NCBI GenBank assembly: GCA_037440005.1
Contig: JBBIUY010000029.1
Location: 1 to 38,570 of the forward strand
Length of the DNA stretch: 38,570 nucleotides
Source: Armatimonadota bacterium
Lineage (GTDB): Bacteria > Sysuimicrobiota > Sysuimicrobiia > Sysuimicrobiales > Kaftiobacteriaceae
Reading direction: 5' to 3'
Part shown: positions 17,945 through 26,859 of the stretch, piece after piece
Numbering within the stretch: the first letter of the stretch is position 1
Layout: each line of letters starts with the position of its first letter
Translations under genes and position numbers: made by a program
Notes under the pieces: generated by a model
Seen by the model: only the letters and a program-made list of their open reading frames with translations
Told to the model about the DNA's origin: nothing
The model's database searches: none

Positions 17945-18025
17945 CACATTCGCGCGAATCCGCCGGCGATTCCCCATCCCGGCATCCCGCGGCCCCGCTA
18001 CCGCGGGCGCTTTCGCGCGAAAGTG
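17945..18025. repeat. Palindrome family A (consensus CACTTTCGCGCGAAAGTG), 2 copies
   Basis: CACATTCGCGCGAATCCG 17945-17962; CGCTTTCGCGCGAAAGTG 18008-18025. Confidence 0.8.
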
Positions 18026-18090
18026 AGAATACCGCTCGCAGTCTAGGCGGCCCTCCGCACGGGAAAGCCTCCGACGGGTATCGGCGGACG

Positions 18091-18702
18091 ATGAGACTGC
18101 GCCTGGGCGTAGTGGTCACCGCTGTCGGGATCGCCACCGCGGGCTGCCAGACCGTTGCGGTCCAGGTGCCTCCCGAGGCCGACCTGCAGGGTGTCCGCAC
18201 CGTGGCGGTGGTGGCCGCCGACATGGCCGGTGATCCCGCGCCGGTGGCCCTGCTGCTGCGAAGCGAGGCCTCAGCCCGCATCCGGCGGCTGCTTCCGCAG
18301 CTGACGCTGGTCGAGCCCACGGCGTCTGCGGACGCCGTCCTGCGCATGCAGGTGGTGATCCACTCCTACAGTCCACCATCCGTGAGCCTGAGCACCGACC
18401 GGGAGACGGGTCGCGTCTCCTGCGCCGCCTGGCAGGTGGCGTCACTGGTCGTGGACGCCGCGGTGACCACCGGCGAGGTGATCCGGTGGCAGGGCCTGCT
18501 GGAGTCGCAGCGACGGGTAGACCTGCCCTGCCTGCGCTCGGGCGCGGTGTGGATCCCGGGCCGGTCGGCGGAGTCGGTGGACCTGCTGCTGGTCCGGGAC
18601 GTCGTCGACGAGCTGGGGCGCCGGTTGGCCGGCTACACCCGGCATGAACTGCGGCCGCTCCAGACCCCGCCACCCTCCCCGCCGTCGCAGTCGGGTCCGT
18701 GA
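18091..18702 (+). CDS. Hypothetical lipoprotein
   Basis: MRLRLGVVVTAVGIATAG-C lipobox-type signal peptide. Confidence 0.7.
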   Translation: MRLRLGVVVTAVGIATAGCQTVAVQVPPEADLQGVRTVAVVAADMAGDPAPVALLLRSEASARIRRLLPQLTLVEPTASADAVLRMQVVIHSYSPPSVSLSTDRETGRVSCAAWQVASLVVDAAVTTGEVIRWQGLLESQRRVDLPCLRSGAVWIPGRSAESVDLLLVRDVVDELGRRLAGYTRHELRPLQTPPPSPPSQSGP

Positions 18703-18746
18703 CAGTGCTCCAGTCCCCGCATCTCGTCCTGCGCGGAGCCAGGAGG

Positions 18747-19346
18747 TCAGCGGGGCCTGCGAGCCGACGCCTTCCTCTCGCGTGGCCGCCGGGCCGCCAC
18801 CCGCCCCAACCACATCTTCTCCCCACCCTCTGTAAACAGCCCCTCGGCCAGTTCCAGGATCTCCCAGCCGCGAAACCACCGCCACAGTTCCCCCGGCCGC
18901 AGGCGATGCGACGGACCCGGCCCCGGGTCGGGCTCGGGTCCGACCAGGTGGTTTTCCATCACCAGGAGGCCTCCGGGCCGGACCGCTGCCTTCAGGGCCG
19001 GGATCAGGCGCCGCTTGAGAAAGAAGCTCACGACCACCAGGTCGTAGCGCGCTCGGGGCAGCCGATAGCGGTCCAGGTCGGCTTCGATCCACCGGACGCG
19101 CAGCCGCCGGCGGCGCGCACGGCGGGCCGCTTCCGCCAGCGCGGTGGAGGAGATGTCCACCGCGTCCACCTGAAAGCCCCGGGACGCCAGGAACAGCGCA
19201 TTGCGCCCCAGCCCCGCGGCCACGTCCAGCGCCCGCCCGGGGTGTACCAGGTGGACCCACCGCGTCAGCAGGGCTGACGGCAGGCCGTCGTGCACCCGGT
19301 CGCCAGTCCGGTATCGCTGCTCCCAGATCTCCCGCTCGGTCCGCAT
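18747..19346 (-). CDS. Class I SAM-dependent methyltransferase (TehB-like)
   Basis: WEQRY, ALDVAAGLGRNALFLA, VDIS, RPGGLL. Confidence 0.85.
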   Translation of the reverse strand: MRTEREIWEQRYRTGDRVHDGLPSALLTRWVHLVHPGRALDVAAGLGRNALFLASRGFQVDAVDISSTALAEAARRARRRRLRVRWIEADLDRYRLPRARYDLVVVSFFLKRRLIPALKAAVRPGGLLVMENHLVGPEPDPGPGPSHRLRPGELWRWFRGWEILELAEGLFTEGGEKMWLGRVAARRPRERKASARRPR

Positions 19347-19604
19347 GGTGTCAGGGTGTTACCGGCCTGTGAGTTCGTTATCTCACTCGCGTGCGCACTC
19401 GCCCACGGTTTGGCCCATCGGTTCGCCTGCAGTGGCGTCCGCCTGCCAACTCCACCGACTATTCTTTCTGGCGCTCCCGGGGCTCCTCATCCCCCGGTCG
19501 GCCGGGTCGGAGAAGTCAGGTCATCGCGAGGGGAATGCCCCCCAGCCGGACCCGCAGAGCATGTCGTCACCGGTGGCGATGGGCCGGCTGAGGAGCTGGT
19601 TTGA

Positions 19605-20681
19605 TCACTTGCCGCGGGCGGCGCGGACGAACGCGCGGAACGCTTCGCCGGTGGGCCGCAGCGACCCGTCGGGATTCATCAGCGCCCGGGCGGCCCCGGT
19701 GTCGATGCTGAACCATATCGCATACGGCAGCCGCAGGTCGACCACCGCGGCCAGCAGCGCCGTTGTGGTCTGCGGGTCATCGTCCCGCTGGCCGATCTCG
19801 TTGGTGATCAGCGGCAGACCCACCTGGTCGGCCAGGAAGGTAGCGGCTTCGCGGAGGGCCTGAGGGTCAGGGATGTACCAGTGGATGTTGAGAAAGTCCG
19901 CCCCGGCGGCCCGGTAGACCTTCAGCAGCGCCCGGCCCCGCGCCAGCTGCTCGCGTGCCTGAGGGGTGTTCAGGCGCTGCCGCTGCGGAATGCTGAACGC
20001 GCGTGCCGCGAACGCGTCGGCCCGGGCTGTCTGGCCCGCGGCGCGGTACCCGTCGTAGACGAGCAGGGCCACCAGACCGCTGACAAGCCCGCCGTTGGTA
20101 CAGCGCACCCCCCGAGCGTGGGCGACCTGGCACGCTGCCCGCAGCTCGGCCGCGTACTGCTCCGGTGTACCGTGGTAAAACACGTCCGAGTTCTCCTCGT
20201 TCTCGACCACCAGGAGGGCAGGGCGGTGGACGTCGAGGATGGCGCCCACCGCACGCTGGAAAGAGGGCATGTCCGCGGGGGGCGTGGCGGGCACGCGCGG
20301 CCCGGGCGGAGCGTTGCGGACGGTCAGGGCGATTTCAAACCCCGCTCGGGAAAACGCCCGCACCTCCGGGTCGGGTCCCCGCCATCCGGGCAGCCGCACG
20401 TCGTTGGGGCGGACGACGGACACCCCTAGGGCCTGGGCCAGGGCGACGCGCTGGGCCAGGTCCATCCCCGGCGCGCCCAGCATGACACCAAAGGCGGTGG
20501 CCGCGGGTGGAGCCGCCTGGACCCCCTTGGGAGGAAGGTGCGGAGCGAGGACCGCCCAGGCCAGCACGAGAGGGAGGAACATCCCCAGGCCCGGCGCCAG
20601 CCGGGTTGGGCCGTCGGGTCGGCGGGGACAGGCCCTCCGGCGGAGCGTGCCGCTAGCAGTCGTCTCAACCAACGCGGTCAT
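19605..20681 (-). CDS. Secreted hypothetical protein, probable clan GH-A TIM-barrel glycoside hydrolase; start uncertain (20681 or 20582)
   Basis: Signal-like segment, VVENEEN (acid/base), NIHWY, ITNEIG (nucleophile), terminal GSLRPTG. Confidence 0.6.
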   Translation of the reverse strand: MTALVETTASGTLRRRACPRRPDGPTRLAPGLGMFLPLVLAWAVLAPHLPPKGVQAAPPAATAFGVMLGAPGMDLAQRVALAQALGVSVVRPNDVRLPGWRGPDPEVRAFSRAGFEIALTVRNAPPGPRVPATPPADMPSFQRAVGAILDVHRPALLVVENEENSDVFYHGTPEQYAAELRAACQVAHARGVRCTNGGLVSGLVALLVYDGYRAAGQTARADAFAARAFSIPQRQRLNTPQAREQLARGRALLKVYRAAGADFLNIHWYIPDPQALREAATFLADQVGLPLITNEIGQRDDDPQTTTALLAAVVDLRLPYAIWFSIDTGAARALMNPDGSLRPTGEAFRAFVRAARGK

Positions 20682-20842
20682 CGCATCACATATCCTCGTG
20701 CGGGTGGAATTCCTCCTTGCGGCGGCCCCGCACACCAGGCTGTCGGGCGAAGGGTTCGCTGAGGCGGGGACAAATCGTACCAACGGGCGGGTTGTGCACA
20801 GGCAACGCGGCCGGGTGCCTGCCGGAAGCAGGAGGGAAGAGG

Positions 20843-21463
20843 ATGAAGAGGCGACGGCCGAGGTTGGGGCGCAGGTTTGTGGAAGCGTTCCGCTACGCTC
20901 ACCATCTCCACCACCATCAGCCCCGCAAGGGTTCGGAGATCCCCTACCTGGCGCACCTGTTGGGAGTGGCCGGGGCTGTCCTGGAGCACAGCGGGGACGA
21001 GGATGTGGCCATCGCCGCCCTCCTCCACGACGCGGTCGAAGATCAGGGTGGCCGGAAGACGCTGGCGCAAATCCGCCGCCGCTTCGGCCCCCGGGTGGCC
21101 TCCATCGTGGCCGAGTGCAGCGACAGGCTGACGACCCGAAAAGGCCCATGGCGGAAGCGCAAGCTGGACTATCTGGCGCGCCTGCGGACGGCACCCCGGG
21201 ACGCCCGGCTGGTGTCATTGGCGGACAAGGTGAACAACGCCGCGGCCATCGTGCGGGATCTGGAGACCGTGGGCGGCAAGGTCTGGAGGCGGTTTGGCGG
21301 CGGGCGGGCAGGTACCCTCTGGTACTACCGGGAGCTGGCGAAGGCGTTCCGGCGAGGATCCGACCCCCCGACCCTGGTCCGCGAACTGGTCCGGCTGGTG
21401 GGACGGATGCGCGCTCTCTCGCATTGGGTCGCCGGACGGCCCGCGGCGCCCCAGCCGCGATAG
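20843..21463 (+). CDS. HD-domain protein, Mesh1/small alarmone hydrolase-like
   Basis: HHHQPRKGSEIPYLAHLLGVA, AALLHDAVED, ECSD, LADKVNN. Confidence 0.85.
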   Translation: MKRRRPRLGRRFVEAFRYAHHLHHHQPRKGSEIPYLAHLLGVAGAVLEHSGDEDVAIAALLHDAVEDQGGRKTLAQIRRRFGPRVASIVAECSDRLTTRKGPWRKRKLDYLARLRTAPRDARLVSLADKVNNAAAIVRDLETVGGKVWRRFGGGRAGTLWYYRELAKAFRRGSDPPTLVRELVRLVGRMRALSHWVAGRPAAPQPR

Positions 21464-21552
21464 GCGCCCTGTCGGTCGACTCTCGTCCCCCGCCGGGCTG
21501 GGCGGTCCCCGAGGGATCCTCGGACCCCACTCGTTCCTGGCGCACCCCCTGT

Positions 21553-21675
21553 CACTTTCGTGCAAACGTGTCCGAGGCCTGCTTGTGCCCTGCAGTGGGC
21601 CGGGGACACTTTCGCACGAATGTGAGACGGCGGCGGGAGGGGTTGTGGGCTCAATGGCGCTGTCGCGCGAAGCCG
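21553..21675. repeat. Palindrome family A, 3 degenerate copies
   Basis: CACTTTCGTGCAAACGTG 21553-21570; CACTTTCGCACGAATGTG 21607-21624; CGCTGTCGCGCGAAGCCG 21658-21675. Confidence 0.7.
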
Positions 21676-21775
21676 CCGGAAGCCGCTCGCCTTGGGGTGG
21701 GCCTCATGGGCAGCGGGACCGTCAAAACGACCGATACGCGACCCGGGGCGATCGGGAGTCGTAGTCGCGTACACC

Positions 21776-21819
21776 TGCTAGAATGGGCACGGATGTCGGA
21801 ACAAGGCGCCTGTCCCGAC
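21776..21819 (+). promoter_or_regulatory. Extended -10 promoter (TGc TAGAAT) followed by a 5' leader hairpin upstream of the ChrB-like gene
   Basis: TAGAAT 21779-21784; GTCGG-A-ACA-(AGGCGCC)-TGT-C-CCGAC 21795-21819. Confidence 0.5.
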
Positions 21820-21853
21820 CGCATGGCGGGGGCTTGCGAAGGTGGGAGGAGCC

Positions 21854-22294
21854 GTGCGCTGGGTCACCCGCAGGGATGCGAAGGTGGACCGTATCGCCTG
21901 CCCCTGGCTGATCCGTCGGTTCATCGACCCGCAGGCCGAGTTTCTCTTCGTCGCTGCCGAGGATGTGCTGCCTGTCGCCCAACGGGATGGAGCCGTGCCC
22001 TTCGACGTTCCCGGCGTCCCCCTGGGCCACGTGGCCGGACGATGCAGCTTTGAATCGATCCTGGTGGCTTACGGCCTGCCGGATCCGGCGCTGGCGCTGC
22101 TGGGCCGGATCGTGCATGGGGCGGACATTCCCGCAGACATCGCCCTCGAGCCGGAGGCTGCGGGGTTGCGGGCGGTCGCCCATGGCTTCGCGCTCCTGTA
22201 CGGCACCGACGACCACACCAAACTGGCCCTGCAGGCGCCCGTCTACGACGCCCTGTACCGATGGTGTCAACACCGGGTGGCCGGCGGGACGTGA
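21854..22294 (+). CDS. chrB: Chromate resistance protein, ChrB C-terminal domain only
   Basis: WVTR..AKVDRIACPWLIRRFIDP, PFDVPG, CSFE, IVHGADI, EAAGL, YDALY; SD GGAGGA. Confidence 0.85.
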   Translation: MRWVTRRDAKVDRIACPWLIRRFIDPQAEFLFVAAEDVLPVAQRDGAVPFDVPGVPLGHVAGRCSFESILVAYGLPDPALALLGRIVHGADIPADIALEPEAAGLRAVAHGFALLYGTDDHTKLALQAPVYDALYRWCQHRVAGGT

Positions 22295-23514
22295 GCCGCG
22301 ACACCGCCCTGCTCTTTGCGGCCCGCGGTCTGCGCACCTTCGTCTACGGCTTTCTGTCGGTGGTCCTGGCTCTGTATCTCGCGGGGTTAGGGTACGCGCC
22401 GGCGCAGATCGGCGCGGTGTTCACCGCGGCGCTGCTTGGAGGCGCAGGGACGACCGCGGCAGTCAGCCTGATCGCCGACCGATGGGGTCGGCGGGGCACG
22501 CTGCTCCTGTTCGCGCTCCTGACGTCGGCCACCGGGCTGGCGTTCGCGGCGGCCGGGCCGTTCTGGTTACTCGTGCTAGCGGCGCTGAGCGGCACCATCA
22601 GTCCCAGCGGATATGAAGTTGGCCCGTTCTTCCCGCTGGAGCAGGCGATCCTGCCGCAGACCGCGTGGCGGGACGGGCGCCCGGACGTTGGTCTGTTTGC
22701 CTGGTACAACCTGGTGGGCACGCTGGCGCTCTCCCTGGGGTCCCTGGCGGCCGGGGCGGTGCCCGCCCTCCTGGGACGCGTCGGGCTCGCGGAGATCGCG
22801 GCGCAGCGCATCCTCCTGTGGGCATTTGCCGCCAGCGGGCTGGCGCTGGCGGCGCTGTATGCGGGTCTGTCGCCGCGCGTGGAGGCGCAGGCGCCGGGAC
22901 GGGAGGGAGCTGGCGGCCTCGGGCGGTTCCGGGGCGTGGTGCTGCGGCTGACCGGGCTGTTTGGCCTGGACGCCCTGGCCGGCGGGTTGGTGGTGCAGGG
23001 GCTAGTGGCCCTGTGGTTTTACCAGCGCTTCGGCGTGGGCCTGGGGGTGTTGGGCCCGGTGTTCTTCGGCACCAATCTGCTCTCGGCGCTGTCCTACCTG
23101 GCCTCGGCCCGGCTGGCGCGGCGCATCGGATTGCTCCCCACGATGGTCTTCACCCACCTGCCGTCCAACCTGCTGCTGGCCCTGGTCCCCTTCATGCCGA
23201 CGTGGCCTGCGGCGGCAGCCGTCCTGCTGGCCCGGCACGCCCTGTCCCAGATGGACGTCCCCGCCCGCCAGGTGTACACCCTGGCCCTGGTGGACCCGCC
23301 GGAGCACTCGGTGGCGGCCGGGCTTACCACCGCAGTCCGGCCCGCTGCGGCGAGCGTGGCGCCCCTGCTGACCGGCCTGGCCATGCAGGCGGCCTCCAGC
23401 GCCACCCCCTTTGTGGCGGCAGGGGCCCTCAAGGGCGTCTACGACCTGACCCTGTGGGCGCTGTTCAGGAAGGTCGCCCTGCGGGCGGAGGTCCCGGGCG
23501 GGGCCGGGCTGTGA
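22291..23514 (+). CDS. MFS transporter
   Basis: ADRWGRR motif A, about 12 hydrophobic segments, TMVFTHLPSN, SQMDVP; GTGA overlap with the chrB-like stop. Confidence 0.88.
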   Translation: MSRDTALLFAARGLRTFVYGFLSVVLALYLAGLGYAPAQIGAVFTAALLGGAGTTAAVSLIADRWGRRGTLLLFALLTSATGLAFAAAGPFWLLVLAALSGTISPSGYEVGPFFPLEQAILPQTAWRDGRPDVGLFAWYNLVGTLALSLGSLAAGAVPALLGRVGLAEIAAQRILLWAFAASGLALAALYAGLSPRVEAQAPGREGAGGLGRFRGVVLRLTGLFGLDALAGGLVVQGLVALWFYQRFGVGLGVLGPVFFGTNLLSALSYLASARLARRIGLLPTMVFTHLPSNLLLALVPFMPTWPAAAAVLLARHALSQMDVPARQVYTLALVDPPEHSVAAGLTTAVRPAAASVAPLLTGLAMQAASSATPFVAAGALKGVYDLTLWALFRKVALRAEVPGGAGL

Positions 23515-23574
23515 AACTGGCCTGCGGGCTGTGCCGGGTCGCGGAGGGGAATGCACGCGGCGCCTACGAGGCCG

Positions 23575-24213
23575 TCAGGGGGTCGGACGCAAGTCCACCA
23601 GGAACGGGTTAGAGATCCGCTCTTGGCCCACCGTGGTTGCCGTCCCGTGACCGGGGTAGAGGACCGTGTCGTCGGGCAGGGGGAGGATCTTCGTCCGCAG
23701 AGTCTCCCGCAAGGTCTGCCAGTCTCCGCCGGGCAGGTCGGTGCGACCGATGCTGCCCGCGAAGATCACGTCGCCGACAAAGGCCAGTCCCGGGCCGACC
23801 AGGATAATGTGGCCGGGGGTGTGGCCCGGGGCGGCGCGAACGTCCAGAACCAGCGTGCCCACCGTCACGGTGTCTCCCTCGCCCAAGGTCCGGTCGGGAT
23901 CCGGCGGGGGGTCGATGTAGACGCCCATGAGCAAAGCCGACGTGCCGGCGCCGCGGATCATCTCCAGGTCGCCCGCCGGCGCCAGAAACGGCGCGTCGGT
24001 GGCCTGCCGGACAGCCCGTACCGCGCCCAGGTGGTCCCAGTGGCCGTGAGTGACGATGATGGCGTCCACAGTCAGTCCGTGCCCGCGGAGCGCCTCCAGG
24101 ATCACCGGGGCGTCGTTGCCGGGGTCAATGACCACCGCCCGGCGCGTCAGCTCGTCGCCCAGAATGTAGCAGTTGGTGCCGATGGGCGCCGTGGGAATCT
24201 GCTCAAGGATCAT
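23575..24213 (-). CDS. MBL-fold metallo-hydrolase, glyoxalase II-like
   Basis: TNCY, IDPG, THGHWDH, PGHTPG, GDVIFAGSIGRTDLPGG, YPGHG. Confidence 0.9.
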   Translation of the reverse strand: MILEQIPTAPIGTNCYILGDELTRRAVVIDPGNDAPVILEALRGHGLTVDAIIVTHGHWDHLGAVRAVRQATDAPFLAPAGDLEMIRGAGTSALLMGVYIDPPPDPDRTLGEGDTVTVGTLVLDVRAAPGHTPGHIILVGPGLAFVGDVIFAGSIGRTDLPGGDWQTLRETLRTKILPLPDDTVLYPGHGTATTVGQERISNPFLVDLRPTP

Positions 24214-24298
24214 TGGCGCTTGTCACCCGTGATGCAAGCTACCAGGATCAAGGGCCAGGGATCGGAGGCGACTCGGCGACGGCCCCGTCCCGGTGTGC

Positions 24299-24832
24299 TC
24301 AGGCCACGGGCGCGCGGCTGAGCTGCTCCATGAGTGCCCGGCAGAAGGCGGGCAGGTCGGCAGGCCCCCGGGAGGAGATGAGGGCGCCGTCCACCACCAC
24401 CTCCTGGTCCACCCACGTGGCGCCGGCATTGACCAGGTCGTCCCGGATGGAGGAAAAGCCCGTGACCCGCCGGCCGCGCACGATGCCCGCCGAAGCGGAG
24501 ACCCAGCCGGCGTGGCAGATGAACGCCACGGGTTTGCCGGCGTCATGAACGGCCCGCACGAACTCCACCATGGCGCGGTGCCGGCGGATTCGGTCGGGGG
24601 CGTAGCCCCCGGGGATCACCACTGCGTCGAACTCCGACGGTTGCACCTGGGAGATGCCTGCGTCGGCACGCGCCGGGTAGCCGTGCTTGCTCTTGTACAC
24701 GACCCCGCTCTCCGGGCCGACCAGGACGACATCTGCTCCCGCCTCCCGCAGCCGCAGGACCGGGTACCACAGTTCCAGGTCCTCGTAAAGGTCCTCCACA
24801 AACACGGCGACGCGTCTACCCCGCAGGTCCAT
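24299..24832 (-). CDS. DJ-1/PfpI family protein (type 1 glutamine amidotransferase-like)
   Basis: YEDLELWYP, IPGGYAPD, ICHAGW, SSRGPADLP; SD GGAGGTG; minus-strand TATAAT at 24865-24870. Confidence 0.9.
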   Translation of the reverse strand: MDLRGRRVAVFVEDLYEDLELWYPVLRLREAGADVVLVGPESGVVYKSKHGYPARADAGISQVQPSEFDAVVIPGGYAPDRIRRHRAMVEFVRAVHDAGKPVAFICHAGWVSASAGIVRGRRVTGFSSIRDDLVNAGATWVDQEVVVDGALISSRGPADLPAFCRALMEQLSRAPVA

Positions 24833-24955
24833 CGTTTTCACCTCCTGGGCAGTCCGGCCTTTTGATTATACCCCCTGCACGTGCGGGCACACGGTACGTC
24901 AGCGGCTGGTGGGAAAGGGCAGGGACAGTGCCTCCCGTACGGGCGGCCGCGCGTG

Positions 24956-25044
24956 GGCGTATTCGCGTGAAAGTGACCTCTAGCGTCCGGCGCTTTCGCG
25001 CGAAAGTGACCGGACCCGCACGGCACTGTCGCGCGAAAGTGATC
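24956..25044. repeat. Palindrome family A, 3 copies at an exact 33-bp period
   Basis: GGCGTATTCGCGTGAAAGTGACC 24956; GGCGCTTTCGCGCGAAAGTGACC 24989; GGCACTGTCGCGCGAAAGTGATC 25022. Confidence 0.9.
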
Positions 25045-25211
25045 CACCGCCCGGGGACGTGGCGGAGCGGATTGACCACGCGCCGAGCTCGACGACCCGG
25101 GTCAGGGGGTTAGGGCCAGATACAGAGTCTGGTGATGTTCAGACAGGGGCGGCCGAGGGAATATCCGAACGAGCCGCCGGGTACACAGTCGTGAGGGAAG
25201 GGGGGAGGGTC

Positions 25212-26330
25212 GTGCGTCGCGTACCTGTCCTGCTCTGGTCCCTGGGGATGCTCTTCCTGCTGCGCCCTGCGGTCTTCTCGGGGTCCGGCGAAGCGCGGGA
25301 ACTCGTCGGCGTGCGGATTCTGGTGGATCGGGTGGGGGGCCGCGTGGACTGGTCCCACGCCCACGACTGGATCGCCGCCGGGGTGTTCGGTCCCGACGGT
25401 TACGCCGACATCGAGGTCATGCGGCCGGACGGGTCCGGACGGCGGTGCCTGACCTGCGGCCACCCGCAGGTCCCGCACAAGCACAACGACCTGCCGGCCT
25501 GGCATCCCGGCGGCGACTACATTCTCTTTCAGTCGCAAGATCCGGCCCTCGATCTGCCCTACGCGGACGAGCGTCAGGAGCGCTACCTGACCCAGGGGGG
25601 CGCCGGGCTGAACAACAACCTCTGGCTGATCACCCGGGACGGCCGCCGCGCCTGGCAGCTCACCCGCGTGCGGCCGGGCGAGGCCAGCCTGCACGCCCAC
25701 ATCTCCCCCGACGGGCGCACGGTGCTGTGGGCGGCCCGCGTCCAGGACGGCCGGCGCAAGGTGTGGGCCCTGCGGCTGGCCGACCTGGTGATCGACGGCG
25801 GTGGGGCCCGCCTGGAGCGCGTGCGCACCCTGCGGCCCCGGGGAGGGCCGGACACCTTCTACGAAAGCCACGGCTTCACCCCCGACGGGCGGGCGGTGAT
25901 CTTCTCGGCGAGCATCGGTCGGGCCCACCCGTTCGACCTGGACATCTGGATGATGGACCTGCAGAGCGGCCGCCTGACCAACCTCACCGATACCCCCGGC
26001 GAGTGGGACGAGCACGCCCAGGTGTCTCCCGACGGAAAGACCATCGTCTGGATGACCAACCGGGGCTACCCGATTCCGGTGCCGGACTTCTCCGACTACG
26101 GCCGGACCCTGCGGACTGAGTACTGGCTGATGGATGCTGACGGCAGCCGCCAGCGGCGTCTCACCTCCTTCAACGACCCCGCCGCGCCCGAGTACGCCGG
26201 TGGGCGCACCATCGTGGCCGACAGTTCGTGGAACAGGAACGGCGATCGGCTGGTGGCCGCCATGAGCGTGTTCGCCGGCGCGCGGGCGTCCCGCCGCATT
26301 GTGGTGCTGGACCTGGCGGTGCGGCGCTGA
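25212..26330 (+). CDS. Exported TolB-like/PD40 beta-propeller protein
   Basis: Signal peptide after GTG 25212; repeated WHPGG, ISPDG, FTPDG, VSPDG blades; CLTC motif. Confidence 0.8.
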   Translation: MRRVPVLLWSLGMLFLLRPAVFSGSGEARELVGVRILVDRVGGRVDWSHAHDWIAAGVFGPDGYADIEVMRPDGSGRRCLTCGHPQVPHKHNDLPAWHPGGDYILFQSQDPALDLPYADERQERYLTQGGAGLNNNLWLITRDGRRAWQLTRVRPGEASLHAHISPDGRTVLWAARVQDGRRKVWALRLADLVIDGGGARLERVRTLRPRGGPDTFYESHGFTPDGRAVIFSASIGRAHPFDLDIWMMDLQSGRLTNLTDTPGEWDEHAQVSPDGKTIVWMTNRGYPIPVPDFSDYGRTLRTEYWLMDADGSRQRRLTSFNDPAAPEYAGGRTIVADSSWNRNGDRLVAAMSVFAGARASRRIVVLDLAVRR

Positions 26331-26348
26331 CCTCCGAGGAGTCCGGCC

Positions 26349-26726
26349 CTACCGGCGCCGTCCCGTCGGGTGGGGTGCGGCGACGTCGTCCAGTTCGGCG
26401 TGCAGGCGGTGCAGCAGGCGGTGGGCGACCGGTGCCACGAGGATGCCGGCGGTCACCAGGAAGACGACCCCCGAAAACAGGGCATAAAAGGACGCGAACA
26501 CTTTCGCCGCCGGCGTGCGGAGAGAGTCCACCGGGCCCATGCCGCCGAGGATCATCGCGGCGTTGAGCAGGGCGTCCACCCAGGACAGACCGTCGAGAGC
26601 ATGGTAGCCTGCAACCCCCAGCCCCAGCGAGGCGAGGGTGATCGCGGCCGCTACCACGGCGTGGCCGGCCAGGCGCCGGAAAAACTTGCGCCGGGGCAGG
26701 ACCGGATGCGTGCGGTGCTCGTACAT
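26349..26726 (-). CDS. Small two-TM membrane protein with ion-channel-like pore segment
   Basis: SD GGAGG; MYEHR..PVLPRRKF, WVDALLNAAMILGGMGPV, FASFYALFSG. Confidence 0.75.
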   Translation of the reverse strand: MYEHRTHPVLPRRKFFRRLAGHAVVAAAITLASLGLGVAGYHALDGLSWVDALLNAAMILGGMGPVDSLRTPAAKVFASFYALFSGVVFLVTAGILVAPVAHRLLHRLHAELDDVAAPHPTGRRR

Positions 26727-26859
26727 ACGCTTGTCCTCCCTGCGGAGGCGGCCGGTGGGGTCTGACACCTGATCCGCCCACCGGTGAGGGGCGGCCGTCT
26801 CCCGTTACCCCCTTGGCGTCCTCACAGCCTGCATCCTCGGAGCCCCTTTGGGATGGCTG

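Noticed and set aside
19347..19604. Possible SAH/SAM riboswitch or PIN-toxin remnant upstream of the methyltransferase
   Set aside because: Only fragmentary resemblance; the conserved riboswitch cores are missing and no coherent ORF is present.
24956..25044. Mini CRISPR array
   Set aside because: Spacers are only about 10 bp, repeats are degenerate and there are no cas genes; the 69-aa HFRA-repeat ORF 24838..25047 is just a translation of the palindromes.
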